This document shows positions 21,872-33,184 of a DNA stretch of 64,000 nucleotides, in pieces (within the stretch, counting starts at the first letter, position 1; each line of letters begins with the position of its first letter). The stretch is from positions 3,410,001 to 3,474,000 of the forward strand of contig CATNEN010000033.1 of the NCBI GenBank assembly GCA_950097015.1, read 5' to 3'. The DNA comes from Macrostomum hystrix. Lineage: Eukaryota > Animalia > Platyhelminthes. The notes under the pieces are model-generated. The model saw only the letters and a list, made by a program, of their open reading frames with translations, had not been told where the DNA came from and did no database searches. The translations under genes and the position numbers were made by a program.

Positions 21872-24572
21872 ATGGTTTCAAGAAAGCAGGACTTTATGTC
21901 CAACTTCACCAATTGGCTGGGTTGGACTTCGATCAGCAACAAGCGCGAAGACTTGGTGTTGTTCGCTAAGCTAGCCGAGCAGGCCGAGAGGTATGACGAG
22001 ATGGCGGCTGCCATCAAGATTGTGGCTGAAAGGGGTCAGGAGCTGACCAGAGAGGAGATGAATCTGCTGTCGGTTGCGTACAAGAATCTGGTTGGCAAGC
22101 TGCGCACCGCCTGGCGCGTGGTCACCAGCGCTGAAATCAAGAGAGACGCCAATGAAGCTTCAGAGAGCAAGCAGCTGACAGCCAGGAAGTACAGGCTGCA
22201 CATTGAGAAGCAGCTGTACCTGATCTGCGGCGAAGTGCAGGTATAAGTTGCCAAGTTGAGGCGTGTTCTAATTTCATAGAGCAAGAAAAGAATCTACATT
22301 TTAATTTTCTCAGTTTTCCTATTTACTGACAGCTGAGAGCAAAAAAAACAATTTATTGTATCGATATAATTCATATTATATTCACAGGGTCGGGTAACTT
22401 CACAGGTTTAATTGATGTCACAGTATCAGGTGACATCAGGTGACACTGTTGATGTCACAGTGACATCACAGGGTCAGGTGACGTCACAGGGTCAGGTGAC
22501 GTCACAGGGTCAGGTGACGTCACAGGGTCAGGTGACGTCACAGGGTCAGGTGACGTCACAGGGTCAGGTGACGTCACAGGGTCAGGTGACGTCACAGGGT
22601 CAGGTGACGTCACAGGGTCAGGTGACGTCACAGGGTCAGGTGACGTCACAGGGTCAGGTGACGTCACAGGGTCAGGTGACGTCACAGGGTCGGGTAATCT
22701 AACAGGTTTAATTTATGTCACAGGGTCAGGTGACGTCACAGGGTAACCGTTGTAAATTGCAACGCAGAACCTACTAGCCGACCACCTGTTAAAGAATGTC
22801 GCAAGCGTTGAAGCCATGGTGTTCTACTACAAGATGAAGGGTGACTACTATCGCTACCTGGCGGAGGTGACCATCAGTGATGAGCGCAAAACAGCTATAG
22901 AGAACTCCGAACTGGCCTACGAGGTGGCCAAGAAGCTGGCGGACGAGAAGCTGGAGCCCAGCCATCCCGTGCGGCTAGGACTGGCTCTCAATTACTCGGT
23001 GTTCCTGTTCGAAATCAAGTCCGACTCGATGGCTGCGGGCGAGTTGGCAAAGAAGGTAGGGGGCACCTCCAGTGCTTGTGAAATTTTGACACCTCTCACC
23101 TGTGCCATTCACTCATAGCCCTCTGATAGCTTTTTTCTAGAGGAAAAATTAATAACTTAGCGATTCTATTTAATGAAGGCATTCGACTTGGCGTTACCAG
23201 CGCTGGACCTGCTACAAGAGGACACCTACAAGGATTCCAGCCTCATCATGCAGCTGCTCCGAGACAACCTCACAGTGAGCTGTCATTTTAAGCATCTTTG
23301 TTTGCCAGTTAGTTTCAGATCCTAATTTCTTCCCATCGTACACCCTATACCACAAGGGGGCGAGTGGGTCAGCGGCTAAAGTCGCTACCTCGCACTCCAA
23401 AGGACGCTAGTTCAATTCACCCTTCAAGTCACGATTAATTTCGGGACTTGTTGGGGGGTTTGGACAGTAGCGACCGGCGGAGGTGCACCATATTTCGTGC
23501 AATCAAAGCTTGAAATAATAGCTTCGCTCCTACCTTCTGTGTGCCTGTTCTGCGTTGTGTGAGTTGTGTGCGTTGGCGCTGGGGCGTGAGACCTTGCGGG
23601 GGTGGCTGGAGGGCGGGTGTACACCGCCGCGCGCTTTCTGGACTTCCGTCAGCGCGATTGGATAAGTGTACACTCATCACCCGGCCCCCCTGAGAACTGA
23701 TTTCTTATCAGCCTTTCGCCCCGGCTTGGTCTGCTATGTGCATGTGGGGCTGGGGTGGGGGACACTGCTGCCTATTCTGGGTGCCTCCTGCCCTCCCCGG
23801 CTGGTCTGTGCTGCTGTGTGTGGTACCTGCTCAGGGGAGGCGGCGCGATGGGCGCAAAAGCGCCTAGTTCGCCGGTCTGGGGGCGTGCCGCTCCGTCGCT
23901 TGTGCGACAAGTGCCCCGGGCCCCCCTGCAAATAGATAGAGACACCCTATACCCCAATCTGTTCCCATTCCACATACCAATCTGTTCCCATCGCAGATCC
24001 CAATCTGTTCCCACCCCAGATCCCAATCTCATCCTATCCCAGATCCCAATCTTTTCCCATCCACCATCCCAGATCCCAATCTGTTTCATCCCCGATCCCA
24101 ATCTGTTTCATCCCCGATCCCAATCTCTTCCTATCCCAGATTTGAGTCTGCTCCATCCCAGATCCCAATCTGTTCACATCCAATATCCCAATCTCTTCCT
24201 ATCCCAGATTTGAGTCTGCTCCATCCCAGATCCCAATCTGTTCACATCCAATATCCCAATCTCTTCCTATCCCAGATTTGAGTCTGCTCCATCCCAGATC
24301 CCAATCTGTTCGCATCCAATGTCCCAATCTGTTCCCATCCACCATCCCAGATTCCAATCTGTTCCCATCCACAATCCCAGATCCCAATCTGTTCCCATCC
24401 ACCATCCCAGATCCCAATCTGTTCCCATCCACCATCCCAGATCCCAATCTGTTCCCATCCACCATTCCAGATCCCAAATTCCCTAAATCGTTCCCCAGCC
24501 CACCTGCATTGTTGAATTCTCACTCCGAAATTGCAGCTGTGGACTACAGAGAAGTGCTTCTGTAATGATTAG
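21872..24572 (+). CDS. 14-3-3: 14-3-3 protein (divergent), 262 aa; exons 21872-22240, 22768-23055, 23179-23274, 24537-24572
   Basis: [65 protein letters not shown]|LWT; all introns are phase 0 with GT/AG ends. Confidence 0.95.
22385..22745. repeat. 18-bp minisatellite (gtcacagggtcaggtgac) in 14-3-3 intron 1, bracketed by a roughly 41-bp direct repeat
   Basis: 12 consecutive units plus one more at about 22730; flanking cacagggtcgggtaa...aggtttaatt.atgtcacag at about 22384 and 22683. Confidence 0.97.
23945..24480. repeat. About 30-bp C/T-rich minisatellite (cccagatcccaatctgttcccatccaccat) in 14-3-3 intron 3
   Basis: Degenerate on the left, homogeneous on the right; ends about 55 nt before the acceptor at 24536. 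Confidence 0.93.
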
Positions 24573-25009
24573 ATTTGATGTAGCCGGCGCGATAGTCTCA
24601 AGTGGCCACGAGCAAAGCTCAGAGCGAAGTGCAGCTCCGAATTCGTGCTTCTTTGTGTCCAGTTAAGCCAATCAAAAAGCTCTGCTAAGTTTTATTTTTG
24701 CGATTTCGTCGAAAATGACGAAATGTATTTTTTTTACTCAGTGTTATATATATTTCAAGTGTACCTCGATGAAATAGACTAATTTACTTCACATGACAGT
24801 TATCTGAATGAATGCTCTATGAATTAAAGGAAATGTTCGTTTTTGTGCTACTTTTGTTTTGACAAATCAGGGCAACTCTTATTTTCGGAAGAACCAGTGT
24901 TGGCAAATCAAAGTCCGTTTTTCTCCTCTAACGAGAGCTTCGTTAGCCACATAATTTAAGGTAATTTAATCTCTCATAAATTAAACCTATTAAATAGAAT
25001 CTCATTTCA

Positions 25010-25265
25010 CTCTGATCAATGAGTACTTTAATGCCTAACCAATGAAAGCTATTTAACACCTGACCAATGAGTGCCAATTATTTAACACGCTCTTATCTGA
25101 CCTATGAGAGCCATTCCATCACCGACCAATGAGTGCCATTTGTTTAACACGCTCGTATCTGACCAATGAGAGCCATTCCATCTCTGACCAATGAGAGCCA
25201 TTCCATCTCTGACCAATGAGAGCCATTCCATCTCTGACCAATGAGGGCAATTTGGACCAATGAAG
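25010..25265. repeat. 25-bp CCAAT-containing repeat (tgaccaatgagagccattccatctc) and degenerate copies
   Basis: Three near-exact units at about 25160-25245 plus several diverged accaatga units. Confidence 0.85.
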
Positions 25266-26723
25266 CGAGTAGCACATTTGAAAGAAGTAAATAACTTAAA
25301 GACAAGACAGCCTTAAATTAAGTGTTTCTCGGCAGTAAAAGTCGACCAGAAGAAAGATTTGGTACTCAAATGAATTTAGCCTTCACGTTAATATTGGTTT
25401 AATGGGTCACTTGATCGCCAGAGAAATAGAGAGACAGAGAAAAAGCGCGCGGACTGACCTAAAAAAACAGCGAAGACGAACAAAAATTGCCGGAGAGAAA
25501 CAACGAGAAGATCGCGGCTGCTGAGGGAGGAGAACACCTTGGCTTTGCAAATGGAGGAACAGCCGGTCAAGCGCGTGCCCCGATAAATCTTCTCTCTCAT
25601 TTGGTAGGCGAGTGAATAAGCCCCTATAATCATAGCCCCACCACATAGATGGATCAGCATCACAATATTAGGCGGCCCAGGCTGCGGGGCAAGCGACTTT
25701 GAACTTCGGTACAACAGCAACAAGTAAAAGTGCACGGCACGGGCTGGGAGGCGGGGGCAGTTTTGTTCGCCAGGATGAAGCGGAACACGGCCTCACTAAG
25801 GTGGCTTATGTACAGACAGAACACTGAGGTCAGTGCGGCGGAGTCAGTCAACGCGGACAGCCAGCAGAGCTGACAGTCGGCTCAAAAGTCAATCGGAACA
25901 AAAAATTGAGAGAAAAAGCTTCGGGACGAGGGTCAAAAACAAAAAAACAGACAAGAAACCTGTCAGAAAGCAACAAAAAGGAAATACGCCGCTCCGCTAA
26001 AAAAACTGTCGATCAACCTGTGCGAGTTTTCCCATTATTTTAATAATTCCCAAAAGGGGGAAAACAGGATTCGAACCTTCGACTGCGGCGTAGCAAAGAA
26101 ACAGACAAATTTGGATCCTAAAGAACACAATTTGAAGAGCAAGATCAGAGCAGGAAAAAACAAATGTTACAAAAAGCACACGGGCCAACAGCAACAGGGA
26201 GGCCTGAGTGACTGAGAGACAGGAGGAAGAAAAGCCGGAGGTGGAAGCAAAATAAAAAATCAAACTGGACTAGAGGGCCGGAGAGCTCGCAGATTCACGG
26301 GGCCAGGCAGAAAGGGGGCAGCGGCGCCAGCGTTCAATGAAAAAGACAAAACGCCGACTCGCGCGGAGAAGCAAGCGGAATGAGAGAGCTCAGGCAAGCT
26401 AGAAGAAACCAGACAGGGAAGGAAGAGAGTCACAAAAGAGGACGTCAAAGTTGACATGTGTCACAGGACAGGGAGAAAAAGTCAAAAAGCAAAACAAAAA
26501 AGCCAATGGGGCACTCGGCGGAATTCCGGCTCGAGTTTTGTTCAACATGTGGGCTGTGCGCGCCTGGGCCAAGGGGCGGCAAAGAATTAGAAAGCAAGCC
26601 ACAACAGCAAAAAAACTGCTAGAAAGCTTCACAACCGGCTGCGCGCATCTCCGCCTTCTAGAAGCTTAAAAGCTACAAAAACAACTTTTTCTGCTGCAGA
26701 ACAGTTTGCTTAGCTGACAGCGG

Positions 26724-29700
26724 TCACTGCTGATCCACAGCCAGGCCCAGGTGCTGGTAGGCGGCGCTGGGATCGATGCTGGCATAGTAGAACTGCGGGT
26801 GCGGCGCCTCTCCGTACAGCTGTGGCGGCGGCTGCGGCTGCTGCTGCTGCGGATTCGGCAGCATCTGCGGATGCCCGGCACCAGCGAACATGGCGTAGGC
26901 TGACGACGGGTCGTAGCCGATCCACGAGCCGCGCTGTGTAGGCGGGAGAGGCGGTGGGAAAGCCTACTCAACACTGAGCTGCTGTGCCTACTCAACACTG
27001 AGCTGGTGTGCCTACTTAACACTGAGCTGGTGTGCCTACTCAACACTGAGCTGGTGTGCCTACTCAACACTGAGCTGGTGTGCCTACTCAACACTGAGCT
27101 GGTGTGCCTACTCAACACTGAGCTGGTGTGCCTACTCAACACTGAGCTGCTGTGCCTACTCAACACTGAGCTGGTGTGCCTACTTAACACTGAGCTGCTG
27201 TGCCTACTCAACACTGAGCTGGTGTGCCTACTCAACACTGAGCTGGTGTGCCTACTCAACACTGAGCTGCTGTGCCTACTCAACACTGAGCTGGTGTGCC
27301 TACTCAACACTGAGCTGCTGTGCCTACTCAACACTGAGCTGCTGTGCCTACTCAACACTGAGCTGCTGTGCCTACTCAACACTGAGCTGGTGTGCCTACT
27401 CAACACTGAGCTGCTGTGCCTACTTAACACTGAGCTGGTGTGCCTACTCAACACTGAGCTGGTGTGCCTACTCAACACTGAGCTGCTGTGCCTACTCAAG
27501 CTTGAGTCTCACCTGGAACATGGAAGCTTGGGGAGCCCCTGCGGCAGCCGCTGTCATCTGCTGCGGCTGCGGCGCTGCGGCGTACATGTAGCCTCCCTGC
27601 TGGGCGACGGCAGAGCCCGCAGGCGGCCGACTGTAGGCAGCAGCAGCGGCAGCGGCGGCCGCAGCCAAAGAAGAGGCCGGCGTGGCTGCAGCCATGGCGG
27701 AGACTGGCACCTGATGATGAGGCTGGTGGTGGCTGTAGATGGAGCCGGCCTGCAGCAGCTGGGCGCCCGGCGGGTAGGCGAGGCCGCCTGCGGTCGGCGC
27801 TCCCCTTCCCGGGTAGGCGGCGGCAGCGGCGGCTGCCGCGGCTGCTGCGGCCGCCGCGGCGTTGCCCTGCTGGAGGAGGCCAAGTTGAAGCTGGCCGGCA
27901 CCGACAAGGCCACCCCCGGCGGCAGCAGCGGCGGCTGCGGCGGCGGCTGCGGCGGCAGCTGCTGCGCTAGTTGGCGTAGCTCCGGCAACATTGCCGCCGC
28001 CACCGCCGCCGTGCTGCATGGAGTGACCGGCGTGCACTCCAACTACGCTGCCGCTAGTAGCAGCCACGGCGGCTGCGGCTGCGGCAGCTGCGGCCGCTCG
28101 CTGCTTCTTTCTCTGGTTGGTCTTGTCGGCCAGTTTGGCCTCGAGCGGTCGGGGACAGCCGTACTTCTGACCCAAGGAGCTGCCGTTCTTGTTGATGAAG
28201 GCGATGGCGGTTAGCGCATCCTGAGAATGGTTCGTCGGGGATGATTGTCGGGGTTGGTTTTGAAACACGGCTAGGATCTAAGGGTAAGCTAGCTAGGTAT
28301 GTGCCATGTCAAGTCAGGTGGAAGAAGTGGGTCATGGAGCCAAGTCAGATGAAACGGGTCAGAGGTGGGTCATGGAGTCGGGTCGGAGGTGGGTCATGGA
28401 GTCGGGTCAGAAGTTCGTCATGGAGTCGGGTCAGAGGTAAGCCATGGTGTCGGGTCAGAGGTTGGTCATGGAGTCGGGTCAGAGGTAGTCATGGAGTCGG
28501 GTCAGAGGTGGGTCATGGAGTCGGGTCAGAGGTGGGTCATGGAGTCGGGTAAGAGGTGAAACAGGTCCAGAGGTTGGTGATGGAGTCGGCTCAGAGGTGA
28601 AACAGGTCCAGAGGTGGGTCATGGAGTCGGGTCAGAGGTGGGTCATGGAGTCGGGTCAGAGGTGGGTCATGGAGTCGGGTCAGAGGTGGGTCATGGAGTC
28701 GGGTCAGAGGTGGGTCATGGAGTAGGGTCAGAGGTGAAACAGGTCCAGAGGTTGGTGATGGAGTCGGGTCAGAGGTGAAACAGGTCCAGAGGTGGGTCAT
28801 GGAGTCGGGTCAGAGGTGGGTCATGGAGTCGGGTCAGAGGTTGAAACGGGTCCAGAGGTGAAACAGGTCCAGAGGTTGGTGATGGAGTCGGGTCAGAGGT
28901 GAAACAGGTCCAGAGGTGGGTCATGGAGTCGGGTCAGAGGTGGGTCATGGAGTCGGGTCAGAGGTTGAAACGGGTCCAGAGGTGGGTCATGGAGTCGGGT
29001 CAGAGGTGAAACAGATCCAGAGGTGGGTCATGGAGTCGGGTCAGAGGTGAAACAGGTCCAGAGGTGGGTCATGGAGTCGGGTCAGAGGTGAAACAGATCC
29101 AGAGGTGGGTCATGGAGTCGGGTCAGAGGTGAAACAGGTCCAGAGGTGGGTCATGGAGTCGGGTCAGAGGTGAAACAGGTCCAGAGGAGGGTCATGGAGT
29201 CGGGTCAGAGGTGAAACAGGTCCAGAGGTGGGTCATGGAGTCGGGTCAGAGGTGAAACAGGTCCAGAGGTGGGTCATGGAGTCGGGTCAGAGGTGAAACA
29301 GGTCCAGAGGTGGGTCGGGATCATAAAACTAACCTGCTCCTTCTCGAAGCGTATGAAGCCCGCCCCGGTGGCGCTGGTCTGCTGCCGAGTGCCCGGATCA
29401 GTGGCCCGCATAACTCTGCAGGAGACGATGCGGCCAGTGATGGCCTTGGCCAGGTCGTCGGCCAGCACGCGGCTCATCCAGTCCTCATTGCACTCGAGCC
29501 TGGTCGGCAGGTTCTTGATGTAGATGTTGGTTGGGTCCTTCTCGGATTCCTGGACCCGGGTCAGCAGGACGCGCGGAAGGAGCGAATGGAGGAGGTTGGG
29601 GGGCGAGTTGCAATTTGGCCAATTCAAATTGGCGCGAATTAGTGAATGTCGCTAGTTTTATAGACAGTTACTAACGATATAAGCCATCGTTTATATCAGG

Positions 29701-32700
29701 GGTAGGCAAACTTATTAGCTGGCGGGCCAAAGAAATAACCTAAAAGACGACAGCGGGCCGCATTGACTGTATAAATATAAGATAGGGGAGAGATGAGACA
29801 CGGGTGGGATGAGACACGGGAGAGATGAGACACGGGAGAGATGAGACACAGGAGAGATGAGACACGGGAGAGATGAGACACAGGAGAGATGAGACACAGG
29901 AGAGATGAGACACGGGAGAGATGAGACACAGGAGAGATGAGACACAGGAGAGATGAGACACAGGAGAGATGAGACACGGGAGAGATGAGACACGAGAGCG
30001 ATGAGACATGGGAGAGATTAGACACGAGAGCGATGAGACACAGGAGAGATGAGACACGGGAGAGATGAGACACGGGAGAGATGAGACACAGGAGAGATGA
30101 GACACAGGAGAGATGAGACACAGGAGAGATGAGACACGGGAGAGATGAGACACGGGAGAGATGAGACACGGGAGAGATGAGACACGGGAGAGATGAGACA
30201 CGGGAGAGATTAGACACGAGAGCGATGAGACACAGGAGAGATGAGACACGGGAGAGATGAGACACAGGAGAGATTAGACACGAGAGCGATGAGACACGGG
30301 AGAGATTAGACACGAGAGATATGAAACAGGACACTGTAGATGTCAGAAGGGGCAACGGGCCGGATTCGGGAGCTTCGAGGGCCGCATCTGGCCCGCGGGC
30401 CGGAGTTTGCCGACCCCTGGTTTATATGATTGCATAATATAAAATTTAGATACAGTCCAGCCACTTGACCAAACCTTAACAACGCTGATTTTGTAATAGT
30501 CAATAAAATGTATTGATTTTTTTATGGCTAAATGCATTATAAAGTTTAACATTATGCGCTTAAAATATGATATATGGTTATTAAGAATTTATTAAACATT
30601 TTATAAATTATAAACTTTGAAGTGTTGGCCTTTAAATGAAGATGTATCCAATCTGTAGGCTAAGTTAATTGAATTGGTATTTAAGCATGTGCACCGAATA
30701 CTGGACAATTAACAGTAGAAAAACCACGGGGTGTTCCAAACACCCACCCCTTTTTCATTTATTTCTGTATCTCCAGAAATATTCAACCAATCGCCATGAA
30801 ATTCAGAACATTATTTTCCGCTCTATCCGATGAAACAACTTCCAGAATCACAAAACATCGGCATCGTCGAGACATTCAACGATTCTCGTCGAGGAGTCTG
30901 GTGGAAAAAGCCCACCAATTTAGGCATGTTATTTGATTATTAAATATTGATTATTTGACTGTTGAACCGATAAGGATTGGCCATAGACGTTTACACAGAG
31001 CCATGTTAGTTGTCCTTGTCGCCGGGGTTTTCGACAAGAGTTGCTGAATATCTTAACGATGCTGATGTTGGACGGCTTTGAAAGTTAGCTCATTGTGAAG
31101 GGCGAAATAATTCTATCCATATGGTGGAATTGCACGAAAATCAATCATTCGGTTTGGGAGCTGTCCTGAAGCAGGCAGTGGGTATTTGAAATATCCCCGT
31201 GGTCTCTTCCCAGAGGGGGAATAGTGTGCGGTCTTCCTGCTGCTGACTATGAAACTAATCACTATATTTAGTGCGAGATATGGCCACACAGAACTGGATC
31301 GCTGCAGTTGACAGTCGGATAAAGATTTAGTTATAATATTCTGTCTGATAAATATATTTTTTAGTTATGTATAAAAGTGTTGATATGGCTAATAGTTTAC
31401 CAAACGACTGTTAATCGACCCACATTTTCAACTGACTGGGCCTCCTGAGGGTGGCGATGAGGAGCAAGAATTTTAGTCTGAGCTGGGCAAACTGAACAAC
31501 GAAAATAGGAAATTTTGCACAACATTAGTAGCAAAGAAAAAACGGATAAAAATGTACTGAATAGTCAGGTTAATGGGATAATAAATCGAAGATAAATTAT
31601 TCTGGGATTTTTAGGATAGAAAAAGGCAACGACAAAAGGTTAAAAACAATCAGAATGCACAACTTTTGTTAGCAGCAATCAATGCAATCATTATGGTTAG
31701 ATTTCACACACAGCTTATAGCAAATTAATGAACTAATTTAGGCAGCGTGACACGCGAATATGCAGCGCAGCTTATATAGTTACCTCTTTGGCCTGAAAAA
31801 TGAGAGAATAAAGAAACGGCTTAGATTTCGTGTAATATTCGTTTCATACTACTCATTAGCGAGCATGAGTAGCGATTTAGCGACATTGCTGGCACTGCTA
31901 CCCGGGAAGGCAAAGCGATAGATATTATCTGATAATAAATTTAGGTAGGGCCGTTTAAAAATCAGGTTTCCTAAAACGCACTACTCATAGTAGGCTCAGA
32001 TTGTAATTGAATGCGGCTATTTTTAGCATTTCAGAGCCCAACTGGCCGATGGAAACTCACCCTGGCGTAGCTGATCTGCAGTTTGCCGCCGCGCAGGCCA
32101 GACTTCGTCAGGGAGTCCAGCGCCTGCTGGGCCTGGGCCTCGTCGCGAAAGTCCACAAAGCCGTAGCCTGCGGTGCGCCAGAGGGGAAGCATTTAAAAAT
32201 GCATGTTCTCAAATATTTGACTAGCTGCTCTTGGCCACAGATTCCCAGCATTCTGCAGCATTTTGCATTTCATTGCAGTTTGGGAGGGGGTTGGCTTCTA
32301 GGAGCAAGTGGGATTTCCCACTGAGCCAGCTGGCCAAATAGAATAGAACAGATATGGAACAGGGTGTGACAGATTTGGGACAGGGTGTGACAGATATGGA
32401 ACAGGGTGTATCAGATTTGGGACAGGTGTGTGACAGATATGGAACAGGTGTGTGACAGATATGGAACAGGGTGTGACAGATTTGGGACAGGGTGTGACAG
32501 ATGTGGAAGAGGGTGTGACAGATGTGGAAGAGGGTGTGACAGATGTGGAACAGGGTGTGACAGATGTGGAAGAGGGTGTGACAGATGTGGAAGAGGGTGT
32601 GACAGATGTGGAAGAGGGTGTGACAGATGTGGAAGAGGGTGTGACAGATGTGGAAGAGGGTGTGACAGATGCGGAAGAGGGTGTGACAGATGTGGGACAG

Positions 32701-33119
32701 GCTGTGACAGATGTGGAAGAGGTTGTGACAGGACCGATAATCTGGAGGCGGCAAACCTTTGCACTGTCCGGTCTGCTCGTCCATGACAGCCTTGGTGGAG
32801 TTGATGGCCTCAGCCGGGATGCTGGCAGTCTCAGACACCAGCAGCCGGATGGTCTCGTCGGTGTCGGTAGGCAGGAGGCCTCGGATGTACAAATTTGTGT
32901 TGCTCTTACGATCGCCGTCGCTGCTGCCGCCGTTCTGGTTGCTGGGCGAATTGTTGCGTGGCGACACGCCGGTGGCATGCAGCATGTTCTGCGGAGGGTG
33001 GAGTAGGTAAAGCAGGTGTAGCAGGTTGAGCAGGCAAGTGTAGATGTATAAACAACGATATCTATTGATGAAGCCTGCCTCGCCCGACTCGGCAACACAG
33101 TTGCACCCCGATCGAAACT

Positions 33120-33184
<65 letters not shown>

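Noticed and set aside
32221-32757. Intron-retention isoform giving a His/Cys-rich (CHTLFHI)n tail after half of RRM1
   Set aside because: The open frame is a by-product of a stop-free 21-bp unit; it would break RRM1 and likely trigger NMD; no evidence of use
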